NCBI GenBank assembly: GCA_963768055.1
Contig: CAVYGN010000002.1
Span: 448,001 to 512,000, forward strand
From: an uncultured Spirochaetota bacterium
GTDB lineage: Bacteria; Spirochaetota; Brevinematia; Brevinematales; JAOACQ01
Direction: 5' to 3'
Length of the DNA: 64,000 nucleotides
The notes under the pieces are model-generated. The model was not told where the DNA came from. It was given only the letters and a program-made list of their open reading frames with translations, and made no database searches. The position numbers and the translations under genes are program-made. This document shows positions 8,625 through 17,865 of the stretch, in pieces (positions within the stretch are counted from its first letter, which is position 1; every line of letters starts with the position of its first letter).

Positions 8625-9656
8625 ATGGCACAGAAAAACCAGGCTGTTCTTAGAAGCGGCGGCTGGAGCGCATTCTCCAGAAAAGCGACACCTTACGTCT
8701 TTATTGCTCCTTTTTTTATATCATTCCTGATCTTCTCGACATTTCCGGTTATATATTCATTTATATTAAGCATATCCCGGTGGAACGGCGTCGGCAACCA
8801 GCCTATGACCTTTGTAGGATTGACAAATTATATAAACCTGGTCGGCTTCGACGAATTTCATGTATTCTGGTACGACCAGGCCAAGAATTTTCACCTGATC
8901 TACATGGCTCCGAAAGACAGCCTTTTCTGGACATCCTTCGTCAACACCTTCGGCATAGCCATTTTTACAGCGCTTCCCCAGCATGCAATCGCCCTGTTCT
9001 TCGCTTTTATTTTGAACCAGGGATTTGTTAAATTCAAGGATTTCTTCAGGGGCGTCCTTTTCATGCCTTACATAACATCGGCTATCGCGGTAAGTGTTAT
9101 CTTCAGCGTATTCTACAGCGAAAGGACAGGAATATTGAACGGGTTCTTACAGTTTCTTGACGATATCAAGATTGTCGGTCCCCATAATCTCTTTCCCATC
9201 GAGCACCCGGTATTCTGGCTGAAATCCTTCACCTGGTTAAGCGTCTCCCTGGTTTCCATCTGGCAATGGACCGGATGGAATTCCATCATCTACCTTGCAG
9301 GCCTTCAGGCGATACCGGATAATCTTTACGAAGCAGCCAGGATTGACGGAGCAAGCTGGTGGCAGGTATTTTTCAGGATCACTCTTCCTCTTTTAAGGCC
9401 TATAATCTTTTTTGCAACAACGCTTACCATAATCGGCCAGGTTCAGCTTTTCGACGTGCCTATGGCCCTGCTCGGGGGCGCCAATCCCGCGGCAGCAGCC
9501 ATCTACGCGAACCAGGGGCTAACCCTTGCGGTATATATGTACCAACAGGCCTTCATGTACAGGAGCTTCGGCTCAGGCGCAGCCCTGTCATACATCATGT
9601 TCGCATTGATGGCAATCCTTTCGGTGATCAACAATAGATTTTTAACTGAAAAATAA
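8625..9656 (+). CDS. Carbohydrate ABC transporter permease
   Basis: Multi-TM; EAA loop LYEAARIDGASWWQVFFRITLPLL. Confidence 0.95.
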   Translation: MAQKNQAVLRSGGWSAFSRKATPYVFIAPFFISFLIFSTFPVIYSFILSISRWNGVGNQPMTFVGLTNYINLVGFDEFHVFWYDQAKNFHLIYMAPKDSLFWTSFVNTFGIAIFTALPQHAIALFFAFILNQGFVKFKDFFRGVLFMPYITSAIAVSVIFSVFYSERTGILNGFLQFLDDIKIVGPHNLFPIEHPVFWLKSFTWLSVSLVSIWQWTGWNSIIYLAGLQAIPDNLYEAARIDGASWWQVFFRITLPLLRPIIFFATTLTIIGQVQLFDVPMALLGGANPAAAAIYANQGLTLAVYMYQQAFMYRSFGSGAALSYIMFALMAILSVINNRFLTEK

Positions 9657-9674
9657 CAAAGGAGTTAATTAATT

Positions 9675-10586
9675 ATGGCTGATAAAAATACTATAGAGGC
9701 AAGGGTTTTAGCGAAGGATAAGGGATTCAGCCTGAAGGTTAAACCGAATCCTGTCACGGTAATCCTTAAATATTTCATATTGTACCTTCCGCTTATCATC
9801 TGGGCGTTAATTACCTTCTTCCCCTTCTGGTATATGATTGTCGTATCGGGGCTTTCGAGGGACAAAATATTCGTATATCCGCCCCCTATGACAATAGGCC
9901 ATAACTTTGTTGATCAATTCCTGGCCAATTACCATATTCTTCTTTCTAAAACCCCTTACTGGAGAAACATGTGGAACAGCGTGTATATAGCTTCCATGGT
10001 CACGCTCCTTTCGATATTTTTCTGCTCCCTCGGGGGATACGGGTTTGCAATGTATAATTTCAAGGGCAAGAATGCGATGTTCGGTTTTATGCTTTTTTCA
10101 CTTATGATACCACCCCTTTTAGGCCTTGTCCCTTACTACTTAATGATGAGGGCGTTCGGGTGGATAAACACCGCGAAAGCGATATATGTACCCGGCATAG
10201 CTAACGCGTTCGGGATATTCATGATGCGGCAGTTCATCCAGGCGTCCATACCGATCGACCTGGTCGACGCCGCCAGGGTCGACGGCGGAAACGAGTTTTC
10301 GATATACTGGCAGATAGTATTCCCGCTGATCGCCCCGGTGATCGGTTCATTCGGGATCATCACCTTCCTGGGAAGCTGGAACAGTTACCTGGCGCCGCTT
10401 GTTATATTTTCCTCTGAAAAAACCTATACCGTTCCGGTAGCTTTGACGACACTGAGGACAATGAGTACCTTCGAGGGAGACTCGATGGTGGCGACGGTAA
10501 TAGCCGTATTGCCGCTTTTGATAGTCTTTATTCTGACATCCAGACTGATCATAACTAAAGTAACCGAAGGGGCGTTAAAGGGATAG
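9675..10586 (+). CDS. Carbohydrate ABC transporter permease
   Basis: Multi-TM; LVDAARVDGG...IVFPL, FLGSWN. Confidence 0.95.
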   Translation: MADKNTIEARVLAKDKGFSLKVKPNPVTVILKYFILYLPLIIWALITFFPFWYMIVVSGLSRDKIFVYPPPMTIGHNFVDQFLANYHILLSKTPYWRNMWNSVYIASMVTLLSIFFCSLGGYGFAMYNFKGKNAMFGFMLFSLMIPPLLGLVPYYLMMRAFGWINTAKAIYVPGIANAFGIFMMRQFIQASIPIDLVDAARVDGGNEFSIYWQIVFPLIAPVIGSFGIITFLGSWNSYLAPLVIFSSEKTYTVPVALTTLRTMSTFEGDSMVATVIAVLPLLIVFILTSRLIITKVTEGALKG

Positions 10587-11375
10587 CCGGGCAGGTTTCC
10601 TGGCGTAGATTTCGAATGTATCGCCCATTCCGGCAAGTTTCTGGATAAATTTAAATATTCCAAGCGGAGGCAGCCCGATCCTCTCAGGGTGGAGGCCGAA
10701 AAATTCAAGCCTCTCCGGAATAAAGCCGTTACTCTTAAGGATAGATTTCATGCCTGAAGGCATCGGCTCGAAATAGTGTTCCTCCGGCCTTTTCATGTAA
10801 TATTCCCCGGGATTAAAACGTGAAAATGCCCCCGCCGAATTGGGGATTGATAGCGCAATTACACCCCCTTCTTTGAGAAGCTTATTAGCCTGTTTTATCC
10901 AGGAAAGAGGATCATTCATATGTTCGAGAGTAAACCATAAAGTAACGGCGTCAAAATTTCCCGTACTTTTTTCCAGGTCCGTCCAGGTAACTAAATTAAA
11001 CGCCTTTCTTGAGAAATCCCTGGCATAGGAAGATATTTCAATACCCTCCGCCCTGAAACCCATTTTCATTGCCTCATCGCAGAACAAACCCATAGCTGAA
11101 CCGATGTCCAGGATCCTTCCCCCTTCAGGGAGCATTTTAGCAAGACGCAGGAGCCTGCGCCTTGAAATTACCCTGATGTTCGACTCGTCCTCTATATACG
11201 TCTTCCCGTAGGCTTTTTGATGGCCCGTATTAAAATAATCCTCTTCATACCTGACCGGCGGATTTCCATGCCGGTTTTGAAAATTCGAACCGCAGTGAAG
11301 GCATAAATGAAGCGTATAGAACGAGCCATCGAAAAGCTTTCTGCTTGAATCTTTATGACAGAGGAGGCATTCCAT
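10575..11375 (-). CDS. Class I SAM-dependent methyltransferase with N-terminal CxxC pairs
   Basis: CLLC/CLHC, ILDIGSAMG, FDAVTLWFTLEH, LKEGG. Confidence 0.85.
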   Translation of the reverse strand: MECLLCHKDSSRKLFDGSFYTLHLCLHCGSNFQNRHGNPPVRYEEDYFNTGHQKAYGKTYIEDESNIRVISRRRLLRLAKMLPEGGRILDIGSAMGLFCDEAMKMGFRAEGIEISSYARDFSRKAFNLVTWTDLEKSTGNFDAVTLWFTLEHMNDPLSWIKQANKLLKEGGVIALSIPNSAGAFSRFNPGEYYMKRPEEHYFEPMPSGMKSILKSNGFIPERLEFFGLHPERIGLPPLGIFKFIQKLAGMGDTFEIYARKPARLSL

Positions 11376-11390
11376 TTTTTCTCCTTGTGT

Positions 11391-11966
11391 TTAAGAGTTT
11401 TCAATTATTAATAAAGTGCCTTTTTCCAGCGGCATAATTTTATAATTCTTTATTCCCGACTGAACCAGTTCTTCCTTGAGTACATTTTCTCTTCCCTTCA
11501 ACAGATAATAGGATAAGCACCCCGGGGCATGCTTGTCGCCCCATTTGATTATATTTGCAATCGAAGAATACGCCCTTGAGATGATCAAGCTCATTCCCTC
11601 GAAAATAAATCCGCGATTGATGTCGATCACGAGAGTGTTTATGCGAAGCTTATTAGTGGTATACTCCAGAAAAGCCAGTTTTTTCGAGTCTGTTTCAGTG
11701 AGATAAAACTTCTTTTTTGGGAGAAGAATGGAGAGGGGGATTGCAGGGATACCCCCTCCGCTGCCGATATCAATGATGTCGGGACATTCATTACTTTCAA
11801 GATAAGGGAAGAGTTCCAGGCTGTCTTTTATATGCGTTTCCCAGATATTTTTTTCGGTAGATCTGCCGATAAGGTTGACGGCCCGGTTCCATTTCAACAG
11901 TTCTTCGATGTAGGTATTAATAAGCTTTTGACTGTTTTCTGTTATTTCAATATCGAATAGAATCAT
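11391..11966 (-). CDS. rsmG: 16S rRNA m7G527 methyltransferase RsmG (GidB)
   Basis: LLKWNRAVNL, HIKDSL, DIGSGGGIPAIPL, SRA. Confidence 0.9.
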   Translation of the reverse strand: MILFDIEITENSQKLINTYIEELLKWNRAVNLIGRSTEKNIWETHIKDSLELFPYLESNECPDIIDIGSGGGIPAIPLSILLPKKKFYLTETDSKKLAFLEYTTNKLRINTLVIDINRGFIFEGMSLIISRAYSSIANIIKWGDKHAPGCLSYYLLKGRENVLKEELVQSGIKNYKIMPLEKGTLLIIENS

Positions 11967-12046
11967 ATTAAATTATAGAACTATCGTTTAAATTTAGCAA
12001 AGGGTATTATTTGATTTATAATTGCAAAAGAATATTAAACTTTGAA

Positions 12047-12112
12047 GATTTCATCCCACCCCCCTGGGGCGGGATAAACCCTTACAGGATAAACCCTTCG
12101 TCCGAAATGACA
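12047..12112. repeat. REP-like palindromic intergenic element
   Basis: GATTTC...CGAAATGACA ends, internal ATCCC..GGGAT hairpin, duplicated GGATAAACCCTT; shares CGAAATGACA with 55662-55690. Confidence 0.5.
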
Positions 12113-12167
12113 ATTTTTGAAATTTTTTAGTTTTTATATCATAATTAGCAGTAAGAGGTAGTATATA

Positions 12168-12731
12168 ATGAAAATAGAAGACGGGACCTGCGGGTTTAAT
12201 ATAAATGGAATAAATATTAAAGTGACCGCCCTGAACAATGTTATTCAGGGAATCGGGATATCTTTAGCAGGTCATGCCTTAACAGGGCAGGCAGCGATTG
12301 ACAGGCCGCATACATGGTTATACACCTATTTCAGGGATTTTATCAATGGAGATACGGAGGTTTTTGGACTTGAACTTGAATGGCGCAAACTGACACCTTT
12401 TCAAAAATCAGTTTACGTAGCCGCGGCCTCGATCCCTTACGGCAGTGTGACTACTTATCAGGAATTAGCCGAAAAAATCGGCGGTAAAAAATATGCCAGG
12501 GCTGTCGGTACGGCTCTTTCAAAAAATCCTTTTCCCCTTGCAATCCCCTGCCACAGGGTCCTGCCTAAAAATTCAGGAATAGAAAATCCTGGCGGATTTG
12601 CCGGAGGAACAACGCTGAAAAAAAAGTTGTTGAAAATTGAAGAAGAAATATCGAGGAGAAGGCATTGTTTGTTTATGGAAGGAATTCGATCGAAGAAGCC
12701 CTTGAAGGAAATATTACCCTTAAAAGAGTAA
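12168..12731 (+). CDS. ogt: Methylated-DNA--protein-cysteine methyltransferase
   Basis: TPFQ..VY..IPYG..TYQELA, ARAVGTA, active site PCHRV. Confidence 0.93.
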   Translation: MKIEDGTCGFNINGINIKVTALNNVIQGIGISLAGHALTGQAAIDRPHTWLYTYFRDFINGDTEVFGLELEWRKLTPFQKSVYVAAASIPYGSVTTYQELAEKIGGKKYARAVGTALSKNPFPLAIPCHRVLPKNSGIENPGGFAGGTTLKKKLLKIEEEISRRRHCLFMEGIRSKKPLKEILPLKE

Positions 12732-13381
12732 TTGTTGAGCGCGGTAAAGAAGAAAAGTATGAAAATCTGATACGGAGACTCAAACAAGCCGGATCGCCTG
12801 TGTCTTATCAAATGGATAAAACACTTTCTGATCTTGCCGGGACCTTCAAGCACCAGGGTATAATCGGGGAAATGGAATTGCCTGAAAATATAATAGATGA
12901 CGATAAAATAATTACCGACTGGTCGGTAATGGACTCCATTATAGCCCTCGATGGAATAACCGACACGGGAAATTTAGGGGCCATTGTAAGATCAGCCCTT
13001 TTATTCGGTTTTAAAGCCGTTGTGCTGCCCAGGGACAACAGCGCCAGAATAACACCCCAGACAATAAAGGCTTCAGCGGGGGCAATATACCATCAGAAAA
13101 TTATCTATGTAAACAGCCTGAACAATTTTTTACTTGAGGCCAGGGAATCCGGTTTTACCATTATCGGTCTTGCGAACGAAGCGCAGGAATCGATAAAAGA
13201 ACTTGATATAAAAAATAAAATCTGTTATATTATTGGGGCGGAGAGAAAAGGAATTCGAAGATCAGTGAAAAAATTATGTGATAAGTTAGTTTTAATACCC
13301 ACTACTCAAAAGTTCAATAGTCTGAACGCCTCCGTGTCAGGGGCTATAGCAATGTGGGAATTTTACCGAAAAAGGGGTTAA
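12665..13381 (+). CDS. rlmB: 23S rRNA Gm2251 2'-O-methyltransferase RlmB (TrmH/SpoU family)
   Basis: VYGRN, HQGI, LDGITDTGNLGAIVRSA, IGAE.KG, SLNASVS. Confidence 0.88.
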   Translation: MFVYGRNSIEEALEGNITLKRVIVERGKEEKYENLIRRLKQAGSPVSYQMDKTLSDLAGTFKHQGIIGEMELPENIIDDDKIITDWSVMDSIIALDGITDTGNLGAIVRSALLFGFKAVVLPRDNSARITPQTIKASAGAIYHQKIIYVNSLNNFLLEARESGFTIIGLANEAQESIKELDIKNKICYIIGAERKGIRRSVKKLCDKLVLIPTTQKFNSLNASVSGAIAMWEFYRKRG

Positions 13382-13458
13382 GTACCTTACATCAAAAACC
13401 GATATTTTAGTTTTTTAAGAGGCTTTTTCGGGGGAATTTTTCAACTAATCGGAGCGTT

Positions 13459-15117
13459 ATGGATAATCACTCGCTTAAAAGACAGTTGATGGGACTGTCT
13501 TCGTTTAAAAGCCTGAGTAAAAGGATAGTCCTTTTAATTTTTGGGGTTTATATAATCCTGTCTCTAGTAATTGCGGTCACTTTTATTGTCTATAACCGGA
13601 TTCAAGACCATTCGCCGCTTCTTTCTATTGCTCTTATCATAACAGAAATTGTTCTTGGCAGCGCTGTTTTAATCGCTGCGATGCTGAAAATCCTGCGGGA
13701 TAAGATCTGGCACCCGCTCTCAAGCCTGAACGATGCCATTATCAGCATTTCAAATAAAAACCTTTACGCCAGGGCCAACCATTACAATCCTGTGGGCGAA
13801 ATGGCGATTTTATATAGAAATTTCAACCAGATGGCTGACACGCTTAAAAATTTTATCGAGGAATCGTCCTCGGTAATCTGGACCGACATAATAACAAATC
13901 TTCCCAACCGCGACAGGATCCTGATCGATATTGAAAGGACTGAAAAACCATCGCTTATACTCGCCAATATCGACTTCTTTAAAGAGATTAACGATTGCTA
14001 CGGTAATAAGATCGGGGACCTGATCCTTAAAGAGACGTCCCACCGTCTTAAAAAGATGCAGGAAGAACTTGATTACCGCCTTTACAGGATGCCTGCCGAC
14101 GAATTCGCTCTCCTATTCGACTGTGACATCTGCCGTGAAAGCCTGATAGATATCGTCAAGCTTCTTTCAAATATCATAAACGAACGGCCTTTCATTATGA
14201 ACGGGCATGAGATCAACGTCAGGGTGACTTTCGGAATTGCGCTTGGCGACGATATATGTAATGATGAGATCACAGAGGGTAAATGGAGAAAACTTGCAAC
14301 TAATGCGGATATGGCCTTGAAACGCGCAAAAAGGCTGCAAAAAAATTTCATAATTTTCGATGAATCCATGGAGATCACAAAAGAATACGAAAATAATATC
14401 ATGTGGAAACAAAAACTCAAGGACGCCATCCATAATCAGAGGATAATACCGTTTTTCCAGCCGATAGTTAATAATTTTAACGGGAAAATTGAAAAGTACG
14501 AAACCCTCGTACGCCTCATTGACAAGCAGGGAACCATTATCCATCCCAATAACTTCCTGGACCTGGCCAAAAAATCACATCTTTACGATAATATTACAAA
14601 AGCTATGATTACAGGATCCTTCGCTATGTTTGAGAATCTTAACTATGAATTTTCAATAAACCTGACAGTCAATGATATTCTTGACGAGGATATCAATAAA
14701 TTCATCAAGGATGAATTGAAGAAAAATAAAAATACTGCAGGCCGCGTAGTTTTTGAAATTCTCGAATCGGAGGGAATTGAGAATTACAAGGAAGTCATGG
14801 TATTTATTGAAGAAGTCAAAGATCTCGGGTGCAAGATAGCCATCGATGATTTCGGTTCCGGTTATTCCAACTTCGAGCATATAATGAGACTCGATGTCGA
14901 TTACATCAAGATCGATTCCTCTTTGATTAAAAACCTTCCATATGATAAAAACTCTCAGATTATTACCAGGACCATAGTAAACTTTGCAAAGGAACTCGAG
15001 CTGAAAACCATATCCGAGTATGTACATTCCCGCGAAGTATATGAAAAAGGCGTCGAACTTGGCGTCGATTACTCCCAGGGGTTTTATTTCGGCGAGCCGA
15101 AGGAGTTTCTGGTTTAG
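13459..15117 (+). CDS. Membrane HAMP-GGDEF(degenerate)-EAL c-di-GMP phosphodiesterase
   Basis: 2 TM + HAMP; GGDEF replaced by PADEF; EAL variant ETL with FQP, IDDFGSGYSN, KID, SE, SQGF. Confidence 0.9.
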   Translation: MDNHSLKRQLMGLSSFKSLSKRIVLLIFGVYIILSLVIAVTFIVYNRIQDHSPLLSIALIITEIVLGSAVLIAAMLKILRDKIWHPLSSLNDAIISISNKNLYARANHYNPVGEMAILYRNFNQMADTLKNFIEESSSVIWTDIITNLPNRDRILIDIERTEKPSLILANIDFFKEINDCYGNKIGDLILKETSHRLKKMQEELDYRLYRMPADEFALLFDCDICRESLIDIVKLLSNIINERPFIMNGHEINVRVTFGIALGDDICNDEITEGKWRKLATNADMALKRAKRLQKNFIIFDESMEITKEYENNIMWKQKLKDAIHNQRIIPFFQPIVNNFNGKIEKYETLVRLIDKQGTIIHPNNFLDLAKKSHLYDNITKAMITGSFAMFENLNYEFSINLTVNDILDEDINKFIKDELKKNKNTAGRVVFEILESEGIENYKEVMVFIEEVKDLGCKIAIDDFGSGYSNFEHIMRLDVDYIKIDSSLIKNLPYDKNSQIITRTIVNFAKELELKTISEYVHSREVYEKGVELGVDYSQGFYFGEPKEFLV

Positions 15118-15395
15118 GGCCGTTCAAACAACATACTAACTTCTTTATGAAACAATTTTTTTATCGAGCGGGACTCGAATGCTTGAGCTGCAACGGCTCA
15201 AAACAGCAACAAGCGTTGATGGAATTTTTTTTTAATGAAAGAATATTTTTATTATTTATATTAATATAGAAATAGAATAAGCGGTCCCTGAAAAACACTT
15301 GCTTTCGCTGTTTTTCGCCGGCAGCTCCGACGTATTCTTCGTAAGGCTCGCTAAAAAAATTGTTTCCTAATAAATTGTATATTGTCTTGAATTCG
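15116..15395. repeat. Long self-complementary element E1
   Basis: Arms GAAACAATTTTTTTA (15149-15163) / TAAAAAAATTGTTTC (15352-15366), plus CGAGC/GCTCG, GAGCTGC/GCAGCTC, AAAACAGC/GCTGTTTT; AT-rich loop. Confidence 0.75.
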
Positions 15396-15450
15396 AGGAT
15401 GGACCGGGTCACAACTTCATTTTAAACCAACAGAAAAACGGTGATCGGCT

Positions 15451-15482
15451 AGTCTGCAGTCAATAGTTAGCAGTCGACAGTC
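15451..15482. repeat. Heptamer tandem micro-array (AGTnnnn)
   Basis: AGTCTGC AGTCAAT AGTTAGC AGTCGAC AGTC. Confidence 0.7.
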
Positions 15483-15490
15483 CCTTTCCT

Positions 15491-15706
15491 GCCGAATTAA
15501 GACAATATGCGGCTCTATTTGAAGTAATTTTTTTCTGCGCTCTTATGAAGATGGCGTAGAGCCACCGGGCGAAAAACGGATAAAGGAAGCGCTTACATCC
15601 ATTTTGAGCCCTTGTGGCTCATACCCTTCGGGCACAGGCGCTATCGAATACCGCGTAGAAAAAAATTACTTCAAAGATAAAACTGCATATTGATCTGGTC
15701 GGCCCT
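15491..15706. repeat. Long self-complementary element E2, inverted homologue of E1 (possible structured ncRNA or MITE-like element)
   Basis: 23-nt arms 15518-15540 / 15653-15675 pair with one G-T; CAATATGCGG/CTGCATATTG; GATGGCG/CGCTATC; GAGCCAC/GTGGCTC; side hairpin CC-TTCG-GG. Confidence 0.8.
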
Positions 15707-15726
15707 CCATAAATAGCCTCCTTTTC

Positions 15727-15755
15727 TTGACAAAACGGCCCCTTTTCCTTAAAAT
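15727..15755 (+). promoter_or_regulatory. sigma70 promoter of the rpsF operon
   Basis: TTGACA-17 bp-TAAAAT. Confidence 0.8.
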
Positions 15756-15760
15756 TTCTT

Positions 15761-15837
15761 GCTATCCTTCCTGCCGAAAGGCAGGCGTGTCCCGGAAAGC
15801 AGGGCTTTCCGGGACAATTAGTCCATAAGGAGGAGAA
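15761..15837 (+). promoter_or_regulatory. Structured rpsF leader (candidate S6:S18 autoregulatory RNA)
   Basis: CCTGCC-GAAA-GGCAGG hairpin, 13-bp perfect stem 15788-15816, and TCCTT able to pair with the AAGGA Shine-Dalgarno. Confidence 0.5.
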
Positions 15838-16128
15838 ATGATAAGGAAGTATGAGATCGCTTTTCTCATCAAAGAAGGCGAGATCGCCAAAGCAGCGATC
15901 GAAAGGATCCACGAGTATTTCAAAAAGATCAAAGCCGGCGTCGTTAATGAAAGCGATATGGGAACCCGCCAGCTTGCATACCCTATCCATCGCAACCGGG
16001 AAGATTTTAGAAGGGCGTATTACCACATTGCTAAAATCGAAATGGACACAAAAAATATCCCGGAATTCGAGCGCCTGATGAAATTCGACGAAGATATCAT
16101 TCGCCACATGCTCCTGACCGGAGAATAA
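15838..16128 (+). CDS. rpsF: 30S ribosomal protein S6
   Basis: RKYEIAFLI, GTRQLAYPI, IIRHML; position before ssb. Confidence 0.93.
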   Translation: MIRKYEIAFLIKEGEIAKAAIERIHEYFKKIKAGVVNESDMGTRQLAYPIHRNREDFRRAYYHIAKIEMDTKNIPEFERLMKFDEDIIRHMLLTGE

Positions 16129-16130
16129 AA

Positions 16131-16616
16131 ATGAGCTGGGATATTAATAAAGTCATAGTTGTCGGAAGGCTTTCCGGTGATGTGGAATTAAAATATACCC
16201 CAAGCGGAACCGCCGTGGCAAGATTCGGAATTGCCGTAGGCGGTAAGCCTAAAAACGATGGTTCAGACAGTGTTTCTTTCTTTAATGTGGTTGTTTGGGG
16301 AAAGGCGGCTGAAAACTGCAGCAATTATCTTTCAAAAGGGAAACAGGTAGCGCTTGACGGAAGGCTTGAACAGAGGAGCTGGGTAACGCAGGACGGCTCG
16401 AAGAGAAGCGTAGTGGAGATCATCGCTGACCGGGTGGAATTTCTCGGTTCTCCGTCCGGCGGGAAATCTCAGGGAGGCGGCAGGGAAGCAACCCCTCAAG
16501 CTAAACCACAGGAAGCCCCGATCGAAGATAATTTTTATGACAATACTGACTTTAACCCGGCGCCCGTAGAGCCGGTAAACGGCCAGGACAACGGCGGAGA
16601 TGAACCCAATTTTTAA
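16131..16616 (+). CDS. ssb: Single-stranded DNA-binding protein
   Basis: NKVIVVGRL, ELKYTPSG, GRLEQRSW, acidic tail DEPNF. Confidence 0.97.
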   Translation: MSWDINKVIVVGRLSGDVELKYTPSGTAVARFGIAVGGKPKNDGSDSVSFFNVVVWGKAAENCSNYLSKGKQVALDGRLEQRSWVTQDGSKRSVVEIIADRVEFLGSPSGGKSQGGGREATPQAKPQEAPIEDNFYDNTDFNPAPVEPVNGQDNGGDEPNF

Positions 16617-16640
16617 TCGCTAATAAAAGGAGATTCTAAT

Positions 16641-17066
16641 ATGCCTGAAGAAGTAAAAATCGAAAAAGACATAAGCCCTGATAAGGACGTAATCCCTGAT
16701 AAGGAAGAAATCTTAGAGGAAAAGCCGGAAGTAGATATCCAAATGCCTTTAGCGGCTGCCGCACCTGCTGTAGCTGAAGAGGCGCCGGTCAGGCAGGGCA
16801 GAGATTTCGGACCTGGACGCGGCTCACAGATGTCCGATAGAAAAAAATTTTTCTATACAAAAAAGGTCTGCAAATACTGCACCCGTCAGATAGACGAAAA
16901 AATGATCGATTATAAGAATATCGATACCCTTAAACGTTATGTTATGCCCAGCGGAAAGATACTGCCGCGCAGGATCAGCGGCAACTGCGCAAAACACCAG
17001 AGAAAGATTGTCAGGGAGATAAAAAAAGCCAGGATAATAGCGCTGCTTCCTTTTCTCGACAGGTAA
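16641..17066 (+). CDS. rpsR: 30S ribosomal protein S18 with long acidic N-terminal extension
   Basis: [39 protein letters not shown]. Confidence 0.95.
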   Translation: MPEEVKIEKDISPDKDVIPDKEEILEEKPEVDIQMPLAAAAPAVAEEAPVRQGRDFGPGRGSQMSDRKKFFYTKKVCKYCTRQIDEKMIDYKNIDTLKRYVMPSGKILPRRISGNCAKHQRKIVREIKKARIIALLPFLDR

Positions 17067-17084
17067 AAAATATAAGGATAACGA

Positions 17085-17840
17085 GTGGAACTTTCCTTTT
17101 TTTGGGTTTTGCTCACTCTGTTCGTTTACTCAACTTTTTACTCGGGAATTTTCCTCCTCAAACCTGTGTTTTTTTTATTAAGGAAAGTTATTAAAAGGGG
17201 CCGCAGGTATTTTTATACCTTTTTGAAAATCCTTTTTTTTATCGGACTGGTGGCTTTCTGCTTTTTTTATATACCTTCGGCCGATAAAATTTGGTTCAAT
17301 CTGAAGGGTTTATATACAGGCTTAATTAAAAAGTCGTTGCTATCGGCGGATAAAGTTGATGTTGTATTCCAGACGGCCAGATTTTTCCGTTTTTTTTACC
17401 CCGCCGGAATAGCTTTCGGGGCGGCCCTTTTATTAATGATTTCTTCAGACAGGCACCTTGCATATTTCTGGCACAGGTTCTTGCTCAGGTTCAGCCACAA
17501 GCAGCTTATGCCGCTTGTGATATTTTGGACTTTTTTCTGGATCTTCGAGGTCCTGGGCGATTATATCGGTACCGGAATATTTGCCTCTTTTTTTGTTGAA
17601 ACACTTATGAATTGCTGCCTGTATTTTTCTTTTTTTTATATTATTTATGGTTTTTTGATTATAAATTACCTGATGAAAAAAAGAGGCATTCCATATACTA
17701 TAACTACTATGGTAGTTTATGGAGCAATTATTGTTTCAGGAGATTTTATAATATATATAATGATCATTCTTATGGGTTTTGGAATAACCGATGCATGGAT
17801 GGATTATACTAAAAAGAAAATAAAATTCTCCGGGGCATAG
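17085..17840 (+). CDS. Polytopic membrane protein (YybS/DUF2232-like)
   Basis: Hydrophobic ORF between rpsR and rplI; C-terminal GFGITDAWMDY. Confidence 0.6.
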   Translation: MELSFFWVLLTLFVYSTFYSGIFLLKPVFFLLRKVIKRGRRYFYTFLKILFFIGLVAFCFFYIPSADKIWFNLKGLYTGLIKKSLLSADKVDVVFQTARFFRFFYPAGIAFGAALLLMISSDRHLAYFWHRFLLRFSHKQLMPLVIFWTFFWIFEVLGDYIGTGIFASFFVETLMNCCLYFSFFYIIYGFLIINYLMKKRGIPYTITTMVVYGAIIVSGDFIIYIMIILMGFGITDAWMDYTKKKIKFSGA

Positions 17841-17865
17841 CCCTGAAATATTTGAGGAGGTCTTC

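Noticed and set aside
12665..12731. Programmed frameshift or fusion between ogt and rlmB
   Set aside because: rlmB has its own TTG start with an upstream GAGGAG/AAGG RBS; a simple 67-bp overlap explains it
15161..15412. 83-aa minus-strand ORF
   Set aside because: Lies entirely on hairpin element E1 and its AT-rich loop; no recognisable motifs
15116..15706. Integron attC sites, 6S RNA, SRP RNA or tmRNA identity for the hairpins
   Set aside because: No clear RYYYAAC/GTTRRRY ends or cassette ORF, no SRP helix-8 or tmRNA ends; two diverged inverted copies do not fit a single housekeeping RNA, though an Rfam search is still needed
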